Origin: Octopus sinensis
Lineage: Eukaryota
Assembly (NCBI RefSeq): GCF_006345805.1
Contig: NC_043005.1
Location: 93,868,001 to 93,932,000 of the forward strand
Reading direction: 5' to 3'
Length of the DNA: 64,000 bases
Positions 39,330 through 52,359 of this stretch are shown here, piece after piece. A program made the translations under genes and the position numbers. The notes beneath the pieces were generated by a model. The model was given only the letters and a program-made list of their open reading frames with translations. It was not told the DNA's origin and searched no databases. Each line of letters opens with the position of its first letter. Within the stretch, counting starts at the first letter, position 1.

Positions 39330-39380
39330 AGCTTCTACAGGACTAGAACTGTTTCATTCATATGAAATCTTCAGGAAGCT
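39330..39380 (-). ncRNA. minimal type-I hammerhead ribozyme in a PLE-like terminal repeat
   Basis: AGCTTC CTGAAGA TTTCATATGAAT GAA ACAG ttctagtc CTGT A GAAGCT. Confidence 0.75.
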
Positions 39381-39919
39381 GGCTGTCAAAATAAGTTCTG
39401 GTATTTATGTATTTAGGCAGATTTAATGGAGTGGTGGTGGGGGACGTTTTTTGGGTAGATTGGTATTTAGGAGATAAACAGGCACAAGCTATTGTTCTTA
39501 GGGGAGTGGTCAAAAGGCCAGAGTGTCTTTTGAAATGAGAAGAATCAGTGAGAAAATAAATAAATGAATAAATAAATAGAATAATGAATAGAAACAGATA
39601 TATGGGATGGGATTTTAGGTAAATTAGAAGACAATTGCTTTTTGGTGGTCCAGAAGAGGTAGGCAGTTTGTTATTGTTAGGTGGAGGGAATAGATAAATA
39701 TACATGAAAAAACATAAAATAAATATACATACAAACACACATATATACACATGCGAATATACATATGTATACATACATATGCACATACACATACATACAT
39801 ATATATATACATACACACACACACATATATACATACACACACACACACACACACATATATATACACACACACACACACATATATACATACACACACACAT
39901 ATATATATATACATATACT

Positions 39920-40630
39920 ATGGTCACGGCTGGCTGGATGGATTCTTAGAACCTTTAGAACAAGAGAACAAGAAACCATGATGGTCCTCTGGAAGACACT
40001 TGTCCTAAGCCACTTTGACTATTGCTCTCAGCTATGGTCACCATCCAGTGTCAAGTTGATCACAGAACTTGAGGCGATCCAACGAAGCTACACGAAGAAG
40101 ATAGCCTCTGTGCAGCATATAGCTACTGGGAAAGACTCAAGAGATTAAAACTCTATTCCTTGGAGTGTAGGCGAGAAAGATATGCCATAATATATATCTG
40201 GAAGATCCTGGAAGGACTTGTCCCAAACTTTGGCATCGAGAGTCACACAAATGCCAGAACTGGGCGCCACTGCGTGGTACAAAGGACTCCAAATTTGCCA
40301 TCAAGATGTAAGACAAGATACTGTGATAGCCTGGGCTTCAGAGGTCCACAGCTTTTCAATATCCTCCCGAAGAACCTGAGGGACCTGCATGGTGTAGATG
40401 CGGATGTCTTTAAAGTAGGACTGGATCTCTTCCTGTCAGGTGTCCCGGATGAACCAACTTCACGGCAGGAGGTGCAGATGAGGTCAGCTGCATTGAACTC
40501 TCTCATGCACCAAATGGCAGTTGCTAAAAAGCATTCGTGAGGTAAAATCATGTAGCAACACCAAATGGCGGTGCCCGAGCATGGCCACAGCTCATGAGCT
40601 GAAACTGGAAAAATCAAAATCAAAATCAAT
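39920..40630 (+). mobile_element. CR1/L2-group LINE 3' fragment, copy C
   Basis: RLAGWILRTFRTREQETMMVLWKTLVLSHFDYCSQLW; same 3' end as copies A and B. Confidence 0.9.
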
Positions 40631-40651
40631 ACATACACCTACATACACACG

Positions 40652-40699
<48 letters not shown>

Positions 40700-41015
40700 C
40701 ACATACAAATACACATAAGTATACATGCATAAATATACCCATATACATAATTATGCATATATAAACACATACATAAATATACATATGTACACACAAACAC
40801 ACACATAAATATATACACGCATATATAAACACATATAAAAACATATGTGTATATAAATATATATACGCATATAAATACATATATGCATATATAAATACAC
40901 ACATGCATATACATACACACATATACGTACATGCACATACATACACCTACATACATATACATCTACACATATATATATATACCCATACATAAATCTACAT
41001 GTCCATATAATATAT

Positions 41016-41073
<58 letters not shown>

Positions 41074-41510
41074 CATCCATACACAAATATACATGCATAC
41101 ACACATACACACATTTATATACAAATACACATACGAATACATAATATACATGCATATACACATACACACATATATACATACATAAATACATACATGCATA
41201 TATATATATACACATATACATACATACACACATATAAATACACATATATGCATATATATATATACCAGCATAAACATATACATATGTATATACATACATA
41301 TAAATATATACACATGTACACACATACATACATAAATACATATACACGCATACAAACACATGTATATATATATACATACATATATACATACACGCGCATA
41401 CATACATATGCACATATATACACATACACACATATACACGCATACACATACATATGTACATATACATATGCAAACATACATATATATGCACATATATACA
41501 TATATGTGCA
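40630..41510. repeat. compound (TA)/(CA)/(TACA) microsatellite tract
   Basis: Direct reading. Confidence 0.95.
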
Positions 41511-42123
41511 TATCGATACTACCTCTTATATTATTTATTTATTTATGATTTGGTTGTGTATGTGGCTATGTCTGTGTGTATGTGTGTGGGTGTGTGTGTA
41601 TACATATAACTATGCATGTATGTGCGCACGATCTGTCGATGTGTGTGCGCGTGTGTATGTTTCCTGGCTAACTAACCATAAAATTTCCATTGTGATTCAA
41701 ATTTAAAACTATAAGCCAATCGAATCTATCTATGAAAATCAATACCATGCGGGCAGAAGAATTTGACTTATTGAGTATATATGTGGATGTCCGCTTGCTT
41801 TACATGGTACAATCATGCTTGTTATTATTATTATTATTATTAATATTAATATTAATTTTATTGACTTTTTGTGTGGTTATACATTTTAATAGACTGGACT
41901 GTTAAATATATATGCCTGCTTTAAATGTGAGTGTACATGTATTTCCTTGATGTTGGTTATAGAACTATGAGTTCAATATGGAACATTATTGTGTTTGTTA
42001 ATGTATATTGATCTATATTGTTTATATTGTATTATTGTGTATATATATATGTGTAGAAATATGAGTGTCTATGCACACATATTTATATTTATATGTAAAT
42101 TTTTTTCATACTTACATTAAATT

Positions 42124-42232
42124 CTCTGAAGAGGCCGTGAGACATTCTTGTTAACGTCTCATTTATACCTGCTTTATATGGCTAATAGGTTAAATGGGAC
42201 ATACCTGTCTTCACGGCCGAAACAGCTGTCAG
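42124..42232 (+). ncRNA. type-I hammerhead motif with extended stem II
   Basis: CT CTGAAGA GGCCGTGAGACA...TGTCTTCACGGCC GAAAC AGCT GTC AG; stem I is only 2 bp. Confidence 0.6.
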
Positions 42233-42390
42233 CTACAATGTAAATGTATTTTCTATTTCTATTTCTATGTCTTGTTATATTTGTAATATATTATGTATAA
42301 TATCATTACTGTTGTGTAATGGTTTAATAAAGTATTGATTGGGCATTATCTGATGGCTGATGATTGATTTAGGTATGTTTCTCCATTTTC

Positions 42391-43530
42391 TCATTTTGCA
42401 TATATGCTAAATGATGATGATGATGATATGTATATAGTCTTAGGAGAGAAGGTAATTGGGGGTGATGAAGGAACGGTGGTGTGGTGGGGTGGGGGGTTTT
42501 GTGGGTGGGGTGTCGTCAGTCGGGTGGGTCTGTAATTTTTGTTGTTTGCATAGATTTTGTGCATAAAGTTTGGGGAGTGTTCCGAGATCTTGTTGAGGAG
42601 AGGGCCTTTGGCAAATAAAATCTCCAATCTCTCAGAAATGCAAAGGTCACAGCAAGTATGGCCTCCCGTGTAAGAACGCACTCTCTGGAGTAGTCTCCAC
42701 TTGATCTTGAAGGGGATGGAGTTCCTTTTAAGGTGCCAGATATGGGTGGCGAGAGTAGTCTGGTTAGATTTGTCAGGTCGCCGGAATGAATGTGTGTGGG
42801 CGTACCAGTGAGTCTTAAAACTATTTGAGGTCATTCCGATGTACGATTTTCTTTTATCATCGGGGCCTGATCGTACATCGCATATGTAGACAAGATCTTT
42901 CTGTAGGCAGTTGTTGTTGAGGGGGCAAGTAGTCTTATCAGGGCAATTGCAGTTGCTGTCGGATGCTGGATGGGCTTCGGAAAAAGTAGATTTATTAAGT
43001 TTTTTGACGTTATTGTTGGCTAGGTTCCTAGCTAGATTGGGTGTGGTGGAGTAGGAGAGTCTAATGGTGTTCTTATTAAGGATTGTATAGTACTTATGTT
43101 GGGTGGGGAAGTGTTTTTGTAAGAGAGTGAAGAAAATTTTAGCTACAGGTGTTGAAACTTCACGGTTGAAGGGGGGTTGTACCAGCTAATGTGTCTTCGC
43201 CTATTATTCTTGGGTGGGTGTGGAGCTATGCTAATGTAGGTGATCTTATCTCTAAAGCCACTGCGGGCCAGGGCCTCGTTGTAGTAGGGGCTGTGGCATT
43301 AAAGATATCCTCGGTGGCAGAGAGGCTAGATATCCTAATGGAGACACTTTTCACTAGGTTGTCTAATATATTTTTGGGGTGGTTAGAATTAATATCTATG
43401 TATCTAAGGGATTCATTAGGTTTATGGTACCGGTAATAAAGGGAGGTTTCTAAATCGAGGGTAACGTCAAGGAAGTTAGCTTTTGTTAAGTTCGAATCTA
43501 AGGTAATCCTAAGGCCTAAGTTTTTAAAAA
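42391..43530 (-). mobile_element. 5'-truncated Penelope-like element (RT thumb, Cys-rich linker, C-terminal GIY-YIG), 2 frameshifts
   Basis: FLDVTLDL..YHKPN..SNHP; WYNPPF; CNCPDKTTCPLNNNC; LVY...SYIGMT...CDLCISE...LLNK. Confidence 0.9.
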
Positions 43531-44064
43531 TATATATATATATATATATATCAACATAAACAAACTTCATATTCATTCATTAGTCAAAATATAGTAGACA
43601 GCATATTGTGGTGGTTGTTTAGATGTTAGTATTAAAGAGTAGGAAAATGAGAGAAACAGTTATGAACAATGGGGGAAAAATTCTCAGAATATCTAATTGT
43701 TCTTAAGATGGTGTGTGTGTGTGTGTGTGTGTGCACACGAGTGAGTGAAGGAATAAAACCAAGTAGCATTCAACACATTTGGCTGGAGTTACACGTATTT
43801 CATAATAATTTGATGTCTACCTCCTAATATCTGATGAGATGGTTGTTTCCGTCATTCAACTGCGACCATGCTGGGGCATATCCTTGTAGAACTTTTAGTC
43901 AAATGAATTGACCCCAGTACTTTTTTTGAGCCTGGTACTTATTCTATCGATATCTTTTGACAAACTGCTAAGTTATGGGGAAGTAAACACATCAACATGA
44001 TTGTCAACTGGTGGAGTGAGGGACAGACACACAGATATATACAGATGTATGCGTGAAACTGGAG

Positions 44065-44340
44065 ACATCATGAAAATTCATTTACACAACCATCTCATGT
44101 CATTTTCCAATGGAAACAAAAAGCACTGTACATCGTTATCTAAGCTCATCTGGAAGCTCAAATGGAATGGAGTGAAGCATACAACCAACTGGTTTATAAT
44201 AAAAATACACCAGATTTTACTATAGAACATTGTGAGTGTGTAACTTATGCCTGGAGGAAACCCTGGAGATCATCACATCCAGGGAAAACATGATTAATAA
44301 ACATTCCAAATATAAGATGCAAATATAAGATTAAGACGTC
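44065..44340 (+). mobile_element. Penelope-like GIY-YIG fragment
   Basis: LHNHLMSF...CTSLSKLIWKLK..GVKHTTNWFII. Confidence 0.65.
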
Positions 44341-45429
44341 CTTCCTAGAATTTGAACAGAGTATTAAGAAACACCAACCATCGTTAGCACTTAATGGAAC
44401 AAAAGAGAAACATATAAACAGATTAAACCAAAAAGAAAGCATTATTTTCCTATGCTATGTCACTGTACTACCGGAAGTAATTAAAAGGACTCTTTAAGGG
44501 AACACTATTTGTCAACTGAGACAATGAACTTCAACACCAAAAGGAATTTGCTTCCTGACTCTACAACATCTGAATTCATTAAGGGAGTGCATGCTGCAAT
44601 TAAGTCAAACCAATGAACTGCACTATCCACTCCTGCATCTGTACACACATTTCAAAACAAGTCTGGCCTCATCACACACTCCTCTCTTTCCATCACCTTC
44701 TATTCCTCCCTACCAAATACACACAGAACTGCCCACATACACCAATGAACCTTTTTATTGGTGAAAACTGATAAACATCTTACATACATTATATATATAC
44801 AGAGAGAGACACACACACACATTAAATTCTAAAAGGGACTGCTCTTTAGATGATGGAACTGTAGATTTGCATTTATCAACTTCTATATCACAAACAGGTA
44901 GGAATCCTTAAATTTAAATAACTTTGGAGTGTTTAGCCAGAGATTTTGTCACAGAGATTTTGTCCTTAGAAGTCTAACAAAGAAAATGAATGAAGGAGAA
45001 GAGAAATTGTAGAGTTGGTGGTGTAATCCTAACTTGAAATAATTCATCTACCAGCTTTTAAATTGGAAGATAACTGCCGACTCTAAAATAAAACATATGT
45101 TAAAAACTATTTGAGGAATAGAAAAAACTTATTACAGCACATGTTTATTTCAATTTTCTGTACATACGACTAAGGTATGTACTGGATTGAAAATGGGAGA
45201 TTGAGCTCAATAATTGAAATGGAAAAAGTGCATGAAAAAGAATTTGAATGCCATATTAATATATTAATTGCATAATTACAAGGAAAATCAATGAACAAGA
45301 AACAAACATTCAATAACAGTAAAGGATTAGTAGGGGAAATGGGATGAAGGTGCATCAGGCAATAATTTTGAAATAAAAGCTGCACAGCATATTTGCTTAA
45401 GTGCTGAAGTGCTAGCACATTGGTCTTAC

Positions 45430-45555
45430 TTAAAACAAATGCAGGTTTCAGTGGATCAAATTCTTCCTGAATTGTCAAAGAGAGGTTTCCCTGTTCCTGA
45501 TTGGATTTTACCAAAGAAGGCTGGGCTGGAACACAAGTAGAACTACATACTAAAG
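45430..45555 (-). CDS. INPP5B: OCRL/INPP5B-like linker exon (ALVCSSTCVPAQPSLVKSNQEQGNLSLTIQEEFDPLKPAFVL)
   Basis: gtaaga donor, open frame, 126 nt, phase 1 to 1, second FDPL motif. The acceptor is uncertain (an alternative in-phase AG gives an exon ending at 45525). Confidence 0.6.
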
Positions 45556-48500
45556 CTGGTTGCACAGGAGCATGATACATGAAGCAAAATGGTGGTAAAT
45601 TTTACAGCAGGCCAAAATTATAGGAAAACAACACTTACAGGTAATAACTGAGTATTATTACATTAACTATTGCAAAAGATTAAAAAGGATTTAACATTAT
45701 TAATGAGCTAAGTTAATAGCTCTATGTACATTAACACAGAGAAAGCTGGCCAGCAATTTGGCTAATTAGATACTACAAGTTGAAATGGAAATGAAACAAA
45801 AGTTTACCTACTCAAACATGTTAAGGTAGGAGGAAAAAAAATTAAACCCCAACAAAAGAAGGATAAGGGGATACAGTGTTTTAAGAGTGTCTCAAGTTGA
45901 GACTCTTTTGTTTTCTTTATAAAACAATATTGCAGCCACATCTCAATGATGTCTGAAGAGCAATAAACTTCAACTGTATCAAATTGATATCTCTAACTGG
46001 AGACATTTGTGAGAATTTAAACTGAGGTAAAGTCTAATGAGGTTCACCAGAATGAGGATTATTTGGTACTAATTAAGAACTGATTAAGTTTATTTAACTA
46101 TGAATTCCCAGCATGTGAAATATGTTGGCAACTGATAGACAGCAATAGGAATTCAAAACTAGCTGATGCCACTTAGTGACTACTTTGTTCTAATCAAAGC
46201 TTGTATAGAGTATAATTAGTAGATGTAGAGTCAACTAAAGAGTCCTACTTAAAAATTCAGAAATTCATTATCATCATCACTGCTTTTTTTTTAATGTTGT
46301 TTTGCTGGAAAGGCTTGGATAGGACTTTTTGAAGCCTTGTTTTACAGCTGGACACACTTCTGATGCCACACCTTGAGCATCACTTCTTAAAATATACATC
46401 AACATGATGTACTCACTCCAAAAACAGAGATACACATCTATATTCAGCATAATATTTACTAATTTCTTCAGTAGAGAGAAATCATTATACTCAGTTAGCT
46501 TTGTCAAGGGGCACAGTGAAATTGAAACGGCAACTTGAAGTCAGCAATCAGATGTATTTGCAAGTTTGTCTTTTGCATTACCCTAAATCCTACTCTGGCC
46601 ATGTTTCTAGCCTTCATTTAATTTTGAAAATCAAGAATTGTAGAATTTTGATGACTTATTTTTTGTCATTATCAATTTGGTATTCAGAATGTAACCTAAT
46701 ACAAGGCTCCTATATAAACACAGAGGAAGGATCTTAATTTAAATACAAACAATTTAAAATGAGACATTTTGCATTATACAAAGAAAGGTACTTTTAAGCG
46801 GGTGGGTATCACAAAGCGTTGGATAAATTTTATTTTCCTCTTTTGGAAATGTAACTGCTGCTGCTGCTACTACTACTACTACTGCTGCTACTGTTGTTAA
46901 GGTACTTGTGACTCTCCATGGAGTTTGTGACACACGCTTTGGGAATGAATAATGGATGACAAAACTATTGCTAATCTTTTTATCTGACCAAAAAATTAAT
47001 TTAGATTAGATTTGCTGGTGAACTGCCAGAGTATTTAATCTGACTCTGTGCTCTAAGATCAAATTCTGTCAGAGGCAACTCTGCTTTTCAAATTTTTGTG
47101 GTTGATAAAAATAGTATCAATCATGGGTAATAGATTGTTAGAACAGTAAGAACACTGAACCAGATACCTAGTGGTATTTGTTCTGATTGTTTGTGTCTTG
47201 GATCAAGTGGCATCCAAGTGTCTAAAAAAGTGCTCACAACAACCTAAAGGGTAGTCATGAAGGCAAGTTCTTGTAATAAATACCAGGACTAAATAGATGG
47301 TGCCGGATAAGTTGAGGGTGGGGCTCCTCCTCCAGTTGTACCCTGGTGAATTAATGAATAAATAAATAAAAGTTCTGAGGAGATCAAATGTGTCACTAGC
47401 CACTCTTTTCAATCACAAAAATCAAGCTGGAAAGAGCTTTCTTGTGTTGGAGGAGTTCTGTGAAAGATGACATTTCACAAGCTGATGCTGATCTAATCAA
47501 ATGTAACAAAGCTGTTGAACTTTCAAAAAGATATGGGGCAAAGGTGAAAGTGGGTTGGTCAGTGTAGAGGGGACAACATATCTAATGTGCACTGCCAGGT
47601 ATGGTAATGGTGGTCTGACCAGCTCGTTGCTAATAAAAGATCCTTCACTGGAATGTCACATCAGTATTTGGGATTACCACATTCTTGTTTAATAAACATT
47701 GACTGAAGACATCTAATTACTTTTCAAACCTAAGAATTTAATGTTCAGTCATGTAAAAATAAAAATTAAACACCCATCACATAAATGTAAGAAGAGACAA
47801 AATGATTTCCAACATTCCATTACCATAATATTAAAACATAATAGTCTCAACATACATATATATATGTATATATACACACATGCAGAAACAATAGCAGCGT
47901 GGTTTGGGTATTAACAAAAATAATTAAGCAAATAATTTCAAAATCACAGACGAATGTGTTAATCATACCAATTATAAAGATGCAAAATTTGATATGCATT
48001 GTATTAAAAAAAAATCAAAATGAATCCAAAAATATACTGAAGGAGGTGACAAAAAAAATGCAAGCAGAAACCACCACCCCACCAAAAAAACTCTTTGGTT
48101 ATTTATGTAAAAACTGATGTAAATATGGATTAGTTTTAGGCAATTTAGTTCAAGTGTGTGTATTTGCATAATCAAAGAAATTAATAACACTGAATATTTT
48201 GAGGGGAAATATTGCATATTTTAAGCACTTAAAGCATGTGTGTGTGTGTGTGTACACACACACACACATGTCCATTTTGTGTTGACTGTCAGAAAAAAAA
48301 AAAGACTACTAAATATCATGATATAGAGATTAATAATATTCTATTGTAGTTGAGCCACTCTGAGTTTTGCCTGTGGGAGCACAGAGTCTTCAGGCAAGTT
48401 GTGACCATAAATACGTATGTATAGGAAAAATACTGAGAGAATATAGAACGAAATATTGTATGCTTTAAGTGCTTGTTTGCTATATTATACACACACACAC

Positions 48501-48957
48501 ACACACACACACATAATGCAAATGTAGAAGCCTGTGTTCCAAATGTAAAGAAACTTTCTTGTTGGTAAAATGTAAGTCCCTGATGCAACAAAAGAAAGAT
48601 GGAAAGCTGCTTGTAACTGATTACATGTCTGTGAGTGTTACAGAAAGTGTGTGGTTCAAGTCCTGTGGGCAGCTATCCACATTTTAATTTTTTCGGCCAA
48701 GGGGCTTTTAACTTCAATGTATTATAAACTATTACTTATAGCTGAATTTGCTTCAAGATATATGGTTAACAAAGACTTGATACACATACACACACAAAAC
48801 TATACATGTGTTTGTGTGCTTCCATGCATGCTTGTATTAATTTTTAGATTAGTAAGTGCTTATGAATTGTGTGCATTAAGAGATATGCAAATAGGTATTT
48901 TTCTTTACAACATCATTTGATTCCAAAGCGGGGCAGAAATTAAAAGAAATTCAGTAC

Positions 48958-49104
48958 CTTTCTTCCCATTATCTTCAATATTCATGTACTTCAATGGGTC
49001 AAAAACATCTGTTTCAAATAAGTTTTTTTCAAGGGCTTTATTAGTATACTTGTCCAGCCAAGAAAAAGATGAAGGCAAACCGAATCCAACGACATGTGCA
49101 ACAG
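48958..49104 (-). CDS. INPP5B: OCRL/INPP5B-like exon after the PH helix (TVAHVVGFGLPSSFSWLDKYTNKALEKNLFETDVFDPLKYMNIEDNGKK)
   Basis: cttccttacag acceptor, gtactg donor, 147 nt, phase 1 to 1. FSWLDKY matches the INPP5B FLWLSRY motif. Confidence 0.85.
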
Positions 49105-51470
49105 CTGTAAGGAAGAACGAAAATCACAAGCAATCGAATAAAAACTCTCCACTCTTAATGAAGAAATGAGATACTTATGGGCAATAGTTTCATTATTGAG
49201 TTGGTGTAAAATTTGGCTGGAACGTGTAGGTGAGTGTGTGTATGCAGGCATTATACAGACAGACAGACATGTATGTACATATGTATTTATGTCTGTATAT
49301 ATGTACGATTTTGACAACAAAAGTTTTCATACAATAATATAGAAAAAGCTAACAATAAGGGAATAAAAATGAATGCCTTGCAGACAAAAGCCACAAATGA
49401 ATGAGGCAAAAATAAATTTAGTTTTGACATGCCAGATAGAAATAATATTTTCGGGGCAATGAAAGATTATTTCACAATAATTTCTTTGTTCCATTGTAAA
49501 CCTTAAATTCTTAATTTCCATTATTTGTAAAATAATCAGTTATGAAAGGACTTGGAAAGAAGAATTTAGTAGAATTTCTTCAAACCTTTGATACTATCCT
49601 TCTTCTTTATGGTGATTCCAAATTAAACCTTCAAAAATAATTTCATGTCTATGTTCCAAAATGCCAGTTTAATAACAACCAAACTAATTTATTAAATTCT
49701 TCATTATTTTAAAAATTAATTGAAACAAAGGCAACATATTTCAACAGAAATATGGTAACAAAAGGGTTAAATTTTGCTTTGAGTTAGTCTTATCTTTCTA
49801 TAACATTGTTCTTTGTAGCTGTTTAACTCCAGGTCAGCTCTGACCAAGCAGATTTATGATTAATGGTGCTCTAGTTATGACCATCCCATTTTATTTTCAG
49901 ACACTGTTTATGCAGGACTACATTCTTCAAAAAGTTCTTCCTTTAAAGTGGCAGGGTATGATTTCAAGGAGATTTGGTTGTTATTTTCAACAGGTTGAAT
50001 GACCACATAGAGCTCCTTCATTAATTTGCTGTTGTATTACAAAATCTCAGCTGAAGCTGACAACCTCCTCCTCACACCATCCCACTGAGAGTCTGTTAAA
50101 CACATTCTGCTAAGATGGAAGATTTTATTATGGTTCTCTTTGCTCTCTTGCACAGCTTTCCTACATTTTGTGCAATATTGACCACTGTTAATACTATTTT
50201 ATAGGGAAACTAACTTGAACAATAACTGTTTATATTTCCTATACATCCATTTAGGACAAACACTTGTGTGCTGATGGTGCTGCTGTACTTTATTTCCAAA
50301 TGCACAAGTTGATGTTTCATCAGAAACAGTCCAGTAGGTGTTTCAGCTTCTTCTACCCTAATACCAGAGCTACCCAGGGCTATCCACCCATGTAGGCAAC
50401 AAAGTTCTCACACAACAGTATAAGCTTTGTTGTTCTTTCAGCTATGGTGCTTAGCTGAACCTGTGTTTCTGCCAGGTTGTACTAAGATTTTCTAATAGCA
50501 ACTGACAGAGCAGACTAATTTCCTACCAAATCTAAGTATTTCAGCTTCTAATTCCACATTGTGTTATGCTCAACATAGTAGAAGTGGGTGGTCAACATAT
50601 CAAGGCTGTCCTAATGAAAATGCTCTTTCTCTAAGATTGACTCTTGCTTACCTATTCGAGTGACTGCTGTTTTTCAAACAAAATGTTCATCTCACAAAAC
50701 CCGCCCTAACTTCCTCATATTTCCCCAAAACCACAGATGGGAGTTGGAGTGGGGGGGGGGGGCAATGAAAACAAATCTTATTTTGATCAACAATAGAAAA
50801 ATCTTTGTTAGAATAATTCTTTTATATCTTTGCTGCAATATTATGAAGAGAGAAAAAAAAAAGAACTTGGATAGTTTCAAGCAAACAACTTGCAACTTTT
50901 GTCAAGGTTAACTATTTTGTTTTCATCCATTCAATATCAATGATATAAGGACCAGTCATATGTTAAAGTTTAAAAAAAAAAACAATGGCAATAATTAGTT
51001 GACCATGTTATTCTTGCACATATAGTAGTAATTTATGTTGTTGGTTGATGGCATTGCAGAAGCAAATAACTCAAGCACCTCTGCAAATACCAAGCTCCAT
51101 GTCATCATCATCATCATCATCGTTTAATGTCCGCTTTCCATGCTAGCATGGGTTGGACGATTTGACTGAGGACTGGCAAACCAGATGGCTGCACCAGGCT
51201 CCAATCTTGATCTGGCAGAGTTTCTACAGCTGGATGCCCTTCCTAACAGCACTTGTGACAATAGTTAATTGATTGTGTGTGCAATAGTTTACTGAACAAG
51301 CCGAGATTATGATCAAGTAGGGACATAGGCTGTACTTGCTTTGGACCATACATATCATGTTCAAACAGCTATAAAGGTTGATTCTCAACAACATGTCAAC
51401 ATGTTATGTGACAATCACAGAATGAAGTAAGATTGAGACATAGTAAAAAAAAAAAAAGCAAGCTACTCAC

Positions 51471-51578
51471 TTTCCTTTGCCTGTTTCAGTTCTTTACATA
51501 GCGCAACAGTTTGACTTGCTGATAGATCAAAACGTAATCGCTTTTGGTTGTTTGATATTTCGACAAGTACCTCTGATT
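51471..51578 (-). CDS. INPP5B: OCRL/INPP5B-like PH-domain exon (ESEVLVEISNNQKRLRFDLSASQTVALCKELKQAKE)
   Basis: ttctgtag acceptor, gtgagt donor, 108 nt, phase 1 to 1. Resembles SDVTVQLDTAELSLVFQLPFGSQTRMFLHEVARA (last PH strands and helix). Confidence 0.85.
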
Positions 51579-51789
51579 CTACAGAAACAGAAAGTTGTGA
51601 CATTCAAAAGAGAGCATTTAAAAATAAACCAATATATATTGTGCAGTAAGTTGCATTGAATGGCAGGTAAAATTTACTACTATTTATACACACAGGTAAA
51701 CTTGAAGAGGAACAAACAAACAACAACAATTTGACCTTACAGATAAATCGTGTGAACGTGAACCTAGCAAAGTGCTAGAAAGTAAGAAA

Positions 51790-52151
51790 TATAAGATGGA
51801 TGTGGGATTTTAACATAAAGACTAACAGAAGCTGGAAGGCCTGATTTAGCAGTAGTAGATAAAGAGAATAGAAAGTACCAGATAATTGACTTTACAGTTC
51901 CAAATGACAAGAAAGTCAATATGAGAGGTACAGAGAAAATAACAAAGTACCAGGACAAAGCCACTGAGTTACAGATGCTATGGAAAGGGCACGTAAAATG
52001 TATGCCTGTAGTTATAGGTGTATTAGGAACTATCCTTAAAGATTTGAACAGATGGATAGAGGAAATAGATATAAGACCTAGTTTAGGGCAGATCCAGAAA
52101 ACAGTGTTATTAGGGACAGCTCAGATTCTTAGGAAAGTTCTTGGCATTTAA
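51790..52151 (+). mobile_element. R4/Dong-like RLE LINE C-terminal fragment
   Basis: WDFNIKT..PDLAVVDK..IIDFTVPND..EKITKYQD..PVVIGVLG..QKTVLLGTAQILRKVLGI. Confidence 0.8.
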
Positions 52152-52258
52152 GGTTACTTGTTGTAGCCCGATGTTAGAAATTCTTCTTTTCCAACAGTTT
52201 AATCTGTTGTGTGTATATGACAACAACAACCCATGCTCCAGAGAATTAATTACCTTAC

Positions 52259-52359
52259 CTTGCTTGTAAGAGAATTCTTTGTTGATTGGTATAGTTTCCA
52301 TGACACTTAACTGGCTTATCTCACTACATGGTACTTGAGTGGTAGAAAATATTAACACA
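52259..52359 (-). CDS. INPP5B: OCRL/INPP5B-like 5-phosphatase, PH-domain exon (x-VLIFSTTQVPCSEISQLSVMETIPINKEFSYKQ)
   Basis: ttttgcag acceptor, gtaagg donor, 101 nt, phase 2 to 1. Resembles the INPP5B PH segment ALFLYTHRRMAITGDDVSLDQIVPVSRDF as recalled. Confidence 0.85.

Noticed and set aside
42391-43530. Possible Naiad-type selenoprotein-encoding PLE
   Set aside because: The domain order is canonical (RT then EN) and no in-frame TGA replaces a cysteine.
50652-50666. 15-nt possible microexon with a gtaagc donor
   Set aside because: The acceptor is purine-rich and weak, with no other support.
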